DNA from: an uncultured Acidobacteriota bacterium
GTDB lineage: Bacteria; Actinomycetota; Acidimicrobiia; Spongiisociales; ZC4RG35
Length of the DNA stretch: 64,000 bases
Assembly: GCA_963724825.1 (NCBI GenBank)
Contig: CAVRWT010000008.1
Location: forward strand, 6,893-70,892
Direction of reading: 5' to 3'
Shown: positions 11,476 to 20,078 of the stretch, in pieces
Numbering within the stretch: position 1 is the first letter of the stretch
How the letters are laid out: each line of letters begins with the position of its first letter
Position numbers and translations under genes: made by a program
Notes under the pieces: generated by a model
The model's input: the letters and a program-made list of their open reading frames with translations, nothing else
What the model was told of the DNA's origin: nothing
Databases searched by the model: none

Positions 11476-12733
11476 TGTCGCCCTCCACGGTGATGGCGGG
11501 CAGAAACGCCGAAATCGCGGTCCCCGCCCCCGGCTCGGACTCCACTTCCAGAGTCCCGGCGAGGCCCTCGACTCGTTGCCGCATCGCGGTGAGGCCGAAC
11601 CCCGATCCCGACGCGTTGCCGTTGGTCAGCGAGGCTGGATCGAGGCCGATCCCGTCGTCGCGGACGTCGATCGAAACGATGTCGCCCATGTAAGAAAGGG
11701 TGACACCCACTCGGGAGGCGCCGGCATGCTTCGCCACGTTGGCCAGAGCCTCCTGAGTCACCCGGAGCACGGTCACCTCGACCTCGGGATGAAGGCGGCG
11801 GGTAGTCCCGGTGGTGGTCAATTCGGTGGCTACGTGATTAAGAGCTGACCATCGGGCAGTCACCTCTTGGAGTGCGGCCGGCAGCGCTCGTTCCTCGAGG
11901 GGAGTTGGGAGTAGGTCCCGCATCGCGCGTCGCGCCTCGGAGAGGCTGTCGCGGGCCAGGAGCATGGCGTTGTCAATGCGTCGCTGCAGCTCGGCTCCAT
12001 CGCCGCGTGCCTGACCGGCCGCTTCGAGTTGGGTGATGACACCGGTCAGCCCTTGAGCGATGGTGTCGTGGATCTCCCGCGCCATCCGCTGGCGCTCCTC
12101 GTCCACCCCGGACTCACGGGCCTGCTCGACGAGCTGCGCCTGAAGCGAGGCATTCTCCGCGATGACCTTCTTCAGCTCTCCGATCGCCAACCGTCTCTGC
12201 TCGCTCAGCTCGGAGATCTTCTCCCCGCCGATGACTCCGAAGCCGATGGCCGCGGTCTGGATGGCGACGATGATCACGAACGTCACCCACGCATCGGTCC
12301 CACCGTTGGGGTAGACGATCCGGGAGTTGATCACGAGCGAGTTCAGGAAGACCGCGACGAAGGCGAACGGAGGCGGTTTGAGGAGGAAGGCGTGGATGAA
12401 CCCGGTGATCACAAAGGGAAAGAAGCCGGGCCGGTAGAACATCATCGCCGCTCCGATGACGATCAGACCGGCCATGTAGGTCCTCATCCAGGCCTGGTTC
12501 TCCCATCGATCGATGGCTCTGGTGAACATGAACAGGACCCAGACCGCCGCAGTCGCCGCCAACCCCAGGGTGAGGGGCAGGCGGGAAGGGTCGCCGATTG
12601 CATTGAGCACTTCGAGGACCAGGCCGACCGCCAGCGTCCCCCAGGGGACCCAGAACACAACCCGATCGAAAGGTGTCTCCCAGGGACCGCTCGTCTCGAG
12701 GGTCTCCGCGACCGGGTCGGAGCTCACTCCCAT
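11468..12733 (-). CDS. sensor histidine kinase (HisKA_3 type, multi-TM N-terminus)
   Basis: H-box is MAREIHDTIAQGLTG. The HATPase_c end is GSGFGLTAMRQRVEGL...G. The N-terminal half is hydrophobic. Confidence 0.9.
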   Translation of the reverse strand: MGVSSDPVAETLETSGPWETPFDRVVFWVPWGTLAVGLVLEVLNAIGDPSRLPLTLGLAATAAVWVLFMFTRAIDRWENQAWMRTYMAGLIVIGAAMMFYRPGFFPFVITGFIHAFLLKPPPFAFVAVFLNSLVINSRIVYPNGGTDAWVTFVIIVAIQTAAIGFGVIGGEKISELSEQRRLAIGELKKVIAENASLQAQLVEQARESGVDEERQRMAREIHDTIAQGLTGVITQLEAAGQARGDGAELQRRIDNAMLLARDSLSEARRAMRDLLPTPLEERALPAALQEVTARWSALNHVATELTTTGTTRRLHPEVEVTVLRVTQEALANVAKHAGASRVGVTLSYMGDIVSIDVRDDGIGLDPASLTNGNASGSGFGLTAMRQRVEGLAGTLEVESEPGAGTAISAFLPAITVEGDNG

Positions 12734-13467
12734 CGGAAGAAGATGGTGGCGAGGAGACCGAAGCCGAGGGCGAAGGCGGCCATTACCAGGAGACTAGAAC
12801 TCGACGGTGCGTGACCCAGCCAGGTGTCCGTCAGAGCTTGAACGGCGGCCCCTGCCGGGGTGAGGTCGCTCAGCCTGCGCAGTCCTTCGGGCATGGCCGC
12901 CCTGGGGAAATAGACGCCGGCGAAGAACAGCATCGGGAAGTAGAGCGCCATCCCGAAACCCTGGGCGGCGGAGGCACTGGGCGCCACCGCCCCGATGAAG
13001 AGACCCACTGCAAGCAACGAAACTGCCGCCAGGAGGAACGAGAAGACGAAGCCAGCCAGATTCTCGGGCAACGGAATCTCGAAGACCAGATTGGCAACGG
13101 CCAGCCCGATCAGGCCTGCGGTGACGGCTACTCCTACCTGCACCATCAGTTGGGCGCTTACCAGTCTTCGAGGTCCGACTGGAGTCGTCGACAGCCGGCG
13201 CAGCAGCCCCATTTCCCGATATCCGGCGAGGACCGGAGGGAGTGTGGTGAAGGCGACGGTGGCCAGCGCCAGAAGCAGGACGATCGGGGCGTAGAGGTCG
13301 ACGAGGCGGTAGCCGCCGAGATCAGCACTCGGCTCCCGCCCTCCTGGAAAGACGAAACCGAGCACCAGGAGCAGGACAGCCGGGAAGGCGAGCCCCCAGA
13401 ACATTGCCATCGGCTCCCGTGAGAACAGCTTCGCTTCGACATTGGTCATCTTGGTCAATGCAGACAT
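12724..13467 (-). CDS. ABC-2 type transporter permease
   Basis: Six-TM-like hydrophobic profile. ATG 13467 lies directly after the ATPase stop at 13469-13471. The longer track start would overlap by 59 nt. Confidence 0.8.
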   Translation of the reverse strand: MSALTKMTNVEAKLFSREPMAMFWGLAFPAVLLLVLGFVFPGGREPSADLGGYRLVDLYAPIVLLLALATVAFTTLPPVLAGYREMGLLRRLSTTPVGPRRLVSAQLMVQVGVAVTAGLIGLAVANLVFEIPLPENLAGFVFSFLLAAVSLLAVGLFIGAVAPSASAAQGFGMALYFPMLFFAGVYFPRAAMPEGLRRLSDLTPAGAAVQALTDTWLGHAPSSSSLLVMAAFALGFGLLATIFFRWE

Positions 13468-13468
13468 G

Positions 13469-14392
13469 TCACACCTCCTCGGTGTCGGTATGGAGAGAAC
13501 GTCCGGTGAGGGCGAGAAAGGCATCATCGAGAGTCGCCTGCTCCAGCCGGAGCTCCTGGGCTATCACTTGGTTCTGGACCAGGGCGGTGCTCACGGCATG
13601 GAGCACATTGCCCACGCCTTTGACCACCGTCTGATCGCCTTGATGGGTGACACCGGTGACCTCTGCCAACCCGGCGAAAACCGAATCGTCCATGGGGCGG
13701 GAAGGTCGGAACCTGATCACCTGTTCGTTGTTTGTCGAGGCGATCAGCCCGGCAGGGGTGTCCAGGGCCACCACCCTCCCTGAGTCGATGAGGGCAACGC
13801 GATCGGCGAGACGCTCGGCCTCCTCCATGAAGTGGGTCACCAGGATCACCGTGGCGCCCTGCTCCCTGAGATGTTCCACAACTGCCCAGGTGTCCCGACG
13901 GGCCTGTGGATCGAGGCCGGTGGTGAGCTCGTCGAGGATCACCACTTCGGGGTTGCCGACGAGGGCCAGGGCAATGGAGACCCGCTGCTTCTGGCCACCT
14001 GAAAGCTTGCCGAACCTCGTGTCACGCTTCTCGGTGAGGCCGAGCTGGTCGAGCAGGGCCTCCCATGGGACCGGGCTCTCGTAGAACGAGGCGTAAAGGT
14101 CGAGTGCCTCACCCACTTTGATCCGGTCGGGCAGCCGGCTCTCTTGGAGCTGGACACCGAGACGGCGCCGAAGCTCGTCCCGATCACGTTGCGGGTCGAG
14201 ATCCAGGACCCGGATGGTCCCGCTGTCCGGTCGACGCAAACCGGCGATGGACTCGACGGTGGTGGTCTTCCCGGCGCCGTTGGGGCCGAGGACCCCGAAG
14301 ATCTCGCCCTTCTCGACGGTAAAGCTGACGCCGGCCATGGCCGGGACGTCGCCATAGCGCTTCGTCAGATTCTCGACTTCGATGGCAGGCAT
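13469..14392 (-). CDS. ABC transporter ATP-binding protein (DrrA-like)
   Basis: Walker A is GPNGAGKTT, the signature is LSGGQKQR and Walker B is VVILDE. Confidence 0.9.
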   Translation of the reverse strand: MPAIEVENLTKRYGDVPAMAGVSFTVEKGEIFGVLGPNGAGKTTTVESIAGLRRPDSGTIRVLDLDPQRDRDELRRRLGVQLQESRLPDRIKVGEALDLYASFYESPVPWEALLDQLGLTEKRDTRFGKLSGGQKQRVSIALALVGNPEVVILDELTTGLDPQARRDTWAVVEHLREQGATVILVTHFMEEAERLADRVALIDSGRVVALDTPAGLIASTNNEQVIRFRPSRPMDDSVFAGLAEVTGVTHQGDQTVVKGVGNVLHAVSTALVQNQVIAQELRLEQATLDDAFLALTGRSLHTDTEEV

Positions 14393-14539
14393 GGCTGCTC
14401 CTCACTCGTGGTTCTCATGCCACAACTATGCGAGAAGGCAGGCCTGAGCACATCGGCTGCGCGGCCATTGTTCGAGGCCCGAATGGTCGAGCCGGTGAAT
14501 CAACCGATTGGTTGACGGGCAGTCGACGATTACCTGCAA

Positions 14540-14902
14540 TCAATCAACGAGAGAACGACCCACGGCATATCCGACCGCCGCGGCGAGCAAACCTCCGACC
14601 ACCGACGCCACAACGTAAGCGGTGGCATGGGGGGCCTGGTCGTTCCCAATCATGGAGACGCTCTCCCATGCGAAGGTCGAGAACGTGGTGAAACCACCCA
14701 ACAACCCCACCGCGATCGGAGTTGATACTGAAACCGGCCATCGAGCTAGGCCCCACGAGAACACGAAACCGAGGGCGAGTGAGCCAACGATGTTGACCGT
14801 CAGGGTGCCCCAAGGAAACCGTGTGCCGGAGAACGCGAGCCCAACCGCGTACCTGGCTAATGAACCAAAGGCTCCAGCCACTCCAACCCATACGAACCGC
14901 AT
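14540..14902 (-). CDS. crcB: fluoride ion channel CrcB/FluC
   Basis: A 120-aa four-TM protein with the GGFTTFSTF motif. ATG 14902 is preceded by GAGGA. It lies directly downstream of a fluoride riboswitch. Confidence 0.9.
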   Translation of the reverse strand: MRFVWVGVAGAFGSLARYAVGLAFSGTRFPWGTLTVNIVGSLALGFVFSWGLARWPVSVSTPIAVGLLGGFTTFSTFAWESVSMIGNDQAPHATAYVVASVVGGLLAAAVGYAVGRSLVD

Positions 14903-14934
14903 CTTGTCCTCATTTCTGCTGTTTGCGATTGCCG

Positions 14935-14989
14935 CGGTAGGAGCTATCAGCAGGTCGAGCTGCGGTTTCGGTAGGCGAGCCCCATCGCC
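14935..14989 (-). promoter_or_regulatory. fluoride riboswitch (crcB RNA motif)
   Basis: The minus strand reads GGCGAUGGGGCUCGCCUACCGAAACCGCAGCUCGACCUGCUGAUAGCUCCUACCG. It aligns block by block with the Thermotoga petrophila fluoride aptamer as I recall it (GGCGAUG..GCCCGCC..AAAC.GC...GCUGAUG.CCUCUAC). It sits 32 nt upstream of the crcB ATG. Confidence 0.85.
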
Positions 14990-15020
14990 GGCAGCGAGGA
15001 TAGCTCCGTGGTCGAAATGC

Positions 15021-16394
15021 TCAGGCGAAGCCGAAGAGCAGAGGGAGAACGGCGACGACCGCCGCTGCCCAGATGGCAAAGACGGGGAGGTAGGAGGTCT
15101 GCCAGTGCTCGAGGCGGTGGAAGGTGACCTGTCCTCTGAGAAACCGCATCGAGAGCCAGGCGGCCCCGGCCAGGTTCACGAGCAGGACCAGATTGAGACC
15201 CAACGCTGCCGCACGGTTGGGAGTGAATCCGAGATCACTGATGCGAACCACCATCGTGCCCAGCACCATGAAATCGAGTACGAGGGCGCTGGCGATGGTG
15301 ACGAGCTGGACGCGGTCCATCCAGCCCGGCTGAAGAGACGGGTCCCGCGCCGAAATCGCGTAGAGGACCAGTCCGAGCACTACCACCAGAAGGGCGTCGA
15401 AGACCCCGAGCAACTCCCGGTCGAACACCCCGGAGAGCCCGGATCCCGCATAGGTGACCACGGCGACGGTCAGCATCAGGGCAAACAGGGGAGTGAACAG
15501 CATGGTCAGCACCGGAGCCATGTTCTCCACGACCCGCTGCTTGGACTCCACGAGCCAGGCGGCCACGATCACCGCGCCGGCCGCACCTGAGGGGATGACC
15601 CACTCAAAGACCAACTCGGGAAGGTCGGTCCCGATCGGCTGCAGGATCAACGCAGTCAGCATGACCAGCACCCCGCCACCGAGGGCGATCAATGCGTAAT
15701 AGATGACCCATTCGCCGGTGAAACGGACGAAGTCCATTCGCCGTTCGTGGGATCGCAGCGTGCCGTTCATGTACGGGTAGGCGACCACGAACCACAACAG
15801 CACAGGCAGATAGAGCGCCACGAGCAGTTCGGTGTCAGAGATCGCCGACGCAAACACTTCGGTGTTCGAGCCTGTGCCGAACGGGTAGAGGTTGACCAAC
15901 AGCGCAGAGAGCACAAAGGGCGCCGCGGTTAGCAACCACCTTCGGATGTCGAACTGGCGCCGCATGGCGAAGTAGCCGGCGAGAAACGGGAGGACGAACA
16001 AGCTGACGTTCCGGAACAGCCACCCTGGTTCCTCGTCGGGGAATCCCGCAGCGAGGCGGGCGATTTGGATTGCGACCGCGGCCGCCAGGGCGAAGCCGAC
16101 CGCCTCGAATCCCCCGCTGGATGGAGGCACCGGCTCGTCCTCACCTGCGGGGACCAGCTGCTTCCAGAGTCGATCGCTGTGCTCGCGGGCGAACTCCCGG
16201 GTCAAGGTGTCGACGTCCCCCATGCGCTTCACGGCAACAAGGAACGCCTCATCCGATGTGAGGCCGGCCGCATCCAGCTCGGCTATCTGGTCGCGAAGAT
16301 GTCCCTCCAGCTCATCGACGTCGCGGCCGTTGACGGCGGGGGCCTTTCCGACGTATGCCCGCCACTCGGCAATCTGGGCTTCCACGGCGTCCAT
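15021..16394 (-). CDS. PadR-associated integral membrane protein (cytoplasmic helical N-domain plus about 10 TM segments)
   Basis: The N-terminus (EGHLRDQIAELDAAGLTSDEAFLVAVKRMGDVD) resembles the prefix domain usually found next to PadR genes. The remainder is hydrophobic. The ATG lies 2 nt after the PadR stop. Confidence 0.75.
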   Translation of the reverse strand: MDAVEAQIAEWRAYVGKAPAVNGRDVDELEGHLRDQIAELDAAGLTSDEAFLVAVKRMGDVDTLTREFAREHSDRLWKQLVPAGEDEPVPPSSGGFEAVGFALAAAVAIQIARLAAGFPDEEPGWLFRNVSLFVLPFLAGYFAMRRQFDIRRWLLTAAPFVLSALLVNLYPFGTGSNTEVFASAISDTELLVALYLPVLLWFVVAYPYMNGTLRSHERRMDFVRFTGEWVIYYALIALGGGVLVMLTALILQPIGTDLPELVFEWVIPSGAAGAVIVAAWLVESKQRVVENMAPVLTMLFTPLFALMLTVAVVTYAGSGLSGVFDRELLGVFDALLVVVLGLVLYAISARDPSLQPGWMDRVQLVTIASALVLDFMVLGTMVVRISDLGFTPNRAAALGLNLVLLVNLAGAAWLSMRFLRGQVTFHRLEHWQTSYLPVFAIWAAAVVAVLPLLFGFA

Positions 16395-16396
16395 GC

Positions 16397-16756
16397 TCAG
16401 CCCTCTCCGAGAGCCATCAGCGGCCCGTTGGGGTCCCGGAAGACATCACCCAATGTGCGGGTGACGGCCTGCCATTGCCGCTGCTGTTCGGCGAGGGCGG
16501 AGCGACCGTCGTCGGTGATCGCGTAATACCGGCGGCGACGCCCGTCGGGCGGTGTCCGCCAGTCGGTTGTGGCGTATCCGAGGCGGCGGAGGCGATGAAG
16601 CAGGGGATAGAGCATCCCGTCGGTCCACTCGAGCTCACCACCGGAAAGCTCACGGACCCGCTTCAGGATGGCGTAGCCGTAGTTCTCACCCTCGGCCAGG
16701 ATCGCGAGCACGAGCGGCGTCGCCGAGGCCGCCACCAGGTCCTTGTCGATGTGCAC
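16397..16756 (-). CDS. PadR family transcriptional regulator
   Basis: Winged-HTH block ILAILAEGENYGYAILKRVRELSGGELEWTDGMLYPLLHRLRRLGY. GTG start. Confidence 0.9.
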   Translation of the reverse strand: MHIDKDLVAASATPLVLAILAEGENYGYAILKRVRELSGGELEWTDGMLYPLLHRLRRLGYATTDWRTPPDGRRRRYYAITDDGRSALAEQQRQWQAVTRTLGDVFRDPNGPLMALGEG

Positions 16757-16784
16757 GCCAGCCTCCTAGGGCCGATATCCCTTA

Positions 16785-16812
16785 TACATAGAAGCACAGT
16801 GTACATAGAAGC
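16785..16812. promoter_or_regulatory. 11-bp direct repeat TACATAGAAGC x2 (17-nt period) in the AT-richer padR divergent promoter region
   Basis: Exact copies lie at 16785-16795 and 16802-16812, 29 nt upstream of the padR start. The second copy includes a TGTACA palindrome. Its role as an operator is an inference. Confidence 0.3.
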
Positions 16813-16862
16813 GCAAGGTATCGCTCTCCACGTAGTTGGAAGGCGGGGTAGCGTTGTTGGCG

Positions 16863-17180
16863 ATGAACGACGAAAAGAAGGTGCCAAGCATCCGGGATAT
16901 CTGGAGGCTCACTCTTGCGATCATTGCGGTCGTTGCGATCGTCCAAGAGCTCCGGAAGCCCTCGGATGAGAGAACATGGCACGGAAAGGTCGCCACCTTC
17001 GTCCCCTACGACTTCCGTATGCCGACCGTGGGACGAGTGCGGAGCACATACTGGAATCCCGAGGGCCCGATCATCACAGGGAAGGTGTTCGGTGTCGGCT
17101 GGGCTCCCAATTTTGGAGCATTGAGCAGGATGGCTGGCAGCCGGCGCACCGAGGAAGATTCGAGTTCCCAACCTTCTTAG
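16863..17180 (+). CDS. small membrane protein (105 aa), hypothetical
   Basis: ATG at 16863. It has one TM segment (LTLAIIAVVAIV) and a conserved-looking FGVGWAPNFGA block. It is convergent with the sheath gene. Confidence 0.55.
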   Translation: MNDEKKVPSIRDIWRLTLAIIAVVAIVQELRKPSDERTWHGKVATFVPYDFRMPTVGRVRSTYWNPEGPIITGKVFGVGWAPNFGALSRMAGSRRTEEDSSSQPS

Positions 17181-17196
17181 GGGGTCGGGCCGATGA

Positions 17197-18675
17197 TCAG
17201 TCGTCGTCTCCGTCCCGCCATTGCCCGATTCTGAAGATCACGAACTCGGCGGGACGGATCGGGGCAATGCCAATCATGATGATCAGCCGTCCGTTGTCGA
17301 TGTCGTCTTGGGTCATCGTGTCGGGCCCGCAACGGACGAAGTAGGCGTCCTGGGGCCGGTTGGCGGGGAAGGCACCCTGGGCAAACACCCCGTAGAGGAA
17401 GTTGTCGACCTGGCTCCGTACCCGGGCCCACAAGGATTCGTTGTTCGGCTCGAACACCGCCCACTGCATACCCTGGCGAATCGACTCCTCGAGGAACAGC
17501 GCCAGCCTCCGCACGTTGACGTACTTCCACTCGGCGTCTCCCGCTCCGGCTCGGGTCCGAGCTCCCCACACCACAGTGCCCCGCCCGGGAAGAGCCCGTA
17601 TGCCGTTGATCCCAAGAGGATTGAGCAGGTCGAGGTCTGCCTTGGTCAGCGGAATCGATGGGGTCACCCCGGAGAGGCTGGCGGTTCCGCCGGCCGGTGA
17701 ACGCCACACCCCCTGGTTCAGGTCGAGGCGGGCCAGCATCCCCGCCACCGCCCCCGAGGGGGCAAAGTCGCGAACTTGCCCCCCTCGCATCGGGTCGGCA
17801 CGGCTGAGCCGAGGAAAGTAGAGGGCAGCGTCGCGGGTCTCGAAGTATCCGGAGGCACCGACCACGGCGTCGCTCACCGTGTCCCAAGTGGATGGCGGGT
17901 CAACGATCACCATCGCCCTCCGCTCGGAGGCGTAGGCGATGGCTGCCGTGAGCACCCTCTGAGAGACACCGGTAGTGGTCGAGTAAGGGGGGATCACCAT
18001 CAGATTCACCAGTTCGGCTCGGTCCAGGGCGTAGATCCCTCGACCCGACTCCCGCATTCCAGGTCCGATGTAGGCGGTGCTCCCGAATCGGCCATCTCTG
18101 CCTCCGGTGGCTTTGACCGTGACCGGGAGCCGTGGCGGCAGCGCTCCAGGGAGCGGGGGTCGTGCCCGGATCAGTGTCGACTCCTCGAGAACCCGGTCAA
18201 CACGTCGAGGGCTGCTCGTTGCCAGCGACAGTCCGGTGAAGGTCTCGACCCGGCCGCTGCTCCGGTCGGTAACCGACAGGTCGAACCGGTTGCGGGGGAG
18301 GGGATCGATCGTCGCCTCCAACTTCGAACCCCAGGCGCCGGGATTGGTCGCCTCCAGGACCAGTCGCGAGCTACCCCGCCCGAAGGTCAGTGTGGCAAGG
18401 TCGTCGGGCGCTGGCAGATAGGCTCGGACCACGACCGCCCTACGCCCACCCTGCTCGAAGAAGTCCCGCACCGAGTAGCCCAGATCGCTCTTCAGCCAGA
18501 GTCCGCCGAACAGCCGCTCGAAGTCGAGGAACGAGGTGATCAGGGTCGGGGTATCGACCGGTCCCCGGGCCGCACGACCCACGAAGGCAGTAGTGCTGGT
18601 GTTCACCCCGATGATCGCCTGGGGAAGTGTCACCTCTTCGATGTAGACCCCGGGTGTCGTGTAGCGGTCAGTCAT
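17197..18675 (-). CDS. phage/contractile-injection-system tail sheath family protein
   Basis: The N-terminal TTPGVYIEE signature, the 492-aa length and a conserved C-terminal region (KYVNVRRLALFLEESI...) fit the sheath family. Confidence 0.85.
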   Translation of the reverse strand: MTDRYTTPGVYIEEVTLPQAIIGVNTSTTAFVGRAARGPVDTPTLITSFLDFERLFGGLWLKSDLGYSVRDFFEQGGRRAVVVRAYLPAPDDLATLTFGRGSSRLVLEATNPGAWGSKLEATIDPLPRNRFDLSVTDRSSGRVETFTGLSLATSSPRRVDRVLEESTLIRARPPLPGALPPRLPVTVKATGGRDGRFGSTAYIGPGMRESGRGIYALDRAELVNLMVIPPYSTTTGVSQRVLTAAIAYASERRAMVIVDPPSTWDTVSDAVVGASGYFETRDAALYFPRLSRADPMRGGQVRDFAPSGAVAGMLARLDLNQGVWRSPAGGTASLSGVTPSIPLTKADLDLLNPLGINGIRALPGRGTVVWGARTRAGAGDAEWKYVNVRRLALFLEESIRQGMQWAVFEPNNESLWARVRSQVDNFLYGVFAQGAFPANRPQDAYFVRCGPDTMTQDDIDNGRLIIMIGIAPIRPAEFVIFRIGQWRDGDDD

Positions 18676-18713
18676 CGTCGGGGACGCTATCGGGCTGTGC
18701 CAGGATGCGGGTT

Positions 18714-19550
18714 ATGACCACCATCCCCCTTGGTACCTTCGGCTTCTGGCGGGCAATCCGCAACATCACTCCGGACATGGCCCGGGAGGCGGAGACTCTT
18801 GGCTACGGCGCCGTCTGGGTCGGGGCGTCCCCGGCCGGAGACCTGGTCGACGTTGAAGGCTTGCTCGACGCAACGGAACGCATCCCCGTCGTCACCGGGA
18901 TCGTCAACATGTGGCGTGAGCCGGCTGAATTAGTCGCCGCTTCCTATCACCGAATTGCCGAGCGTCATCCCGATCGATTCCTGCTGGGAGTTGGGATCGG
19001 GCACCGGGAGGCCACGGCGGAGTTCCAGGCGCCCATGGCCAAAATCGACGACTACTTGAATCTTCTCGACCAAGCCGGGGTGCCCCGGGACCGAGTGGTC
19101 CTCGCCGCCCTCGGCCCGCAGGCGCTCCGGGTCGCCGCCGAGCGCACCGCGGGAGCCCACCCCTATCTGACGACGCCGGATCACACTCGCTTCGCCCGGG
19201 AGGTGATGGGCCCCGGTCCGTTGCTCGCCCCCGAGCACAAGGTCACCCTCGACTCCGATCCCGAGCAGGCTCGGGCGAGGGGACGGAAAGTGGTCTCCTA
19301 CTACCTCGATCGGGTGAATTACCGCAACAACCTGATCCGCAGCGGTTGGACCGAGGACGACCTGGCGGATGGCGGCAGCGACGCGTTGCTCGACGCACTG
19401 GTGCTCCACGGGACGCCCGAACAGGTGGCGGTCGGGATCCGGGCCCATCTCGACGCCGGGGCCGACCATGTCGGAGTTCAGGTGCTGGGGGAGGACCCGA
19501 TGCCCTCGTACCGACGGCTGGCCGAAGTTCTGCTCCGGGATGACGACTGA
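18714..19550 (+). CDS. LLM-class F420-dependent oxidoreductase
   Basis: ATG at 18714. The N-terminus LGTFGFW...EAETLGYGAVWVG and the 278-aa size fit the luciferase-like monooxygenase family. Confidence 0.85.
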   Translation: MTTIPLGTFGFWRAIRNITPDMAREAETLGYGAVWVGASPAGDLVDVEGLLDATERIPVVTGIVNMWREPAELVAASYHRIAERHPDRFLLGVGIGHREATAEFQAPMAKIDDYLNLLDQAGVPRDRVVLAALGPQALRVAAERTAGAHPYLTTPDHTRFAREVMGPGPLLAPEHKVTLDSDPEQARARGRKVVSYYLDRVNYRNNLIRSGWTEDDLADGGSDALLDALVLHGTPEQVAVGIRAHLDAGADHVGVQVLGEDPMPSYRRLAEVLLRDDD

Positions 19551-19631
19551 CCCTGATGACAATTTCCCCTGCTCGTCGATATCGTTCCGGGCAGGTAGCC
19601 CATCGGGAGCACGTCAGGTCGAAGGAGTGTT

Positions 19632-20060
19632 GTGGACAATCGTGATGTCGTAGATCTCTATCTGAAGGCGGTCGGTTCCGGGGATCTCGACGCGGTCCGA
19701 GAGATGCAGCACCCCGACATCGTGGGTCGATACCCCCAATCCGGCGAGGTGTTCCGGGGGCGAGACAAGTACATGGACATGCAGGTGGAGTACCCCGGCC
19801 TTCCACACGCAGAGGCATCCAACGTGATCGGTCAGGACAACGTGGTCCTGATGCCGGCATTTCTGCCGTTCGGACACCCGACGGTCACCGTGTTCGGCGG
19901 CGACCGATTCGTGGTGGAGGGGGTTGCCACCTACCCCAACGGCGAGGTCTACAACATGGTGCTCATCCTTCGGCTGCAAAGTGGGAAGGTGATTGAAGAG
20001 ACCGTCTACTTCGCGGCGCCATTCGACGCCCCGGAGTGGCGCCGGCAATACGCCGACTGA
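19632..20060 (+). CDS. SnoaL-like / NTF2-fold protein
   Basis: GTG start 5 nt after GAAGGAG. The start VDLYLKAVGSGDLDAV and the 142-aa size are typical. Confidence 0.7.
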   Translation: MDNRDVVDLYLKAVGSGDLDAVREMQHPDIVGRYPQSGEVFRGRDKYMDMQVEYPGLPHAEASNVIGQDNVVLMPAFLPFGHPTVTVFGGDRFVVEGVATYPNGEVYNMVLILRLQSGKVIEETVYFAAPFDAPEWRRQYAD

Positions 20061-20078
20061 CAGGTCTGAGTTATCGCC

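Noticed and set aside
17177-18717. ORFs 17177-17887 (-) and 17776-18717 (+), which overlap the sheath gene.
   Set aside because: They are alternative-frame or antisense shadows. Only the 17197-18675 frame carries sheath family signatures.
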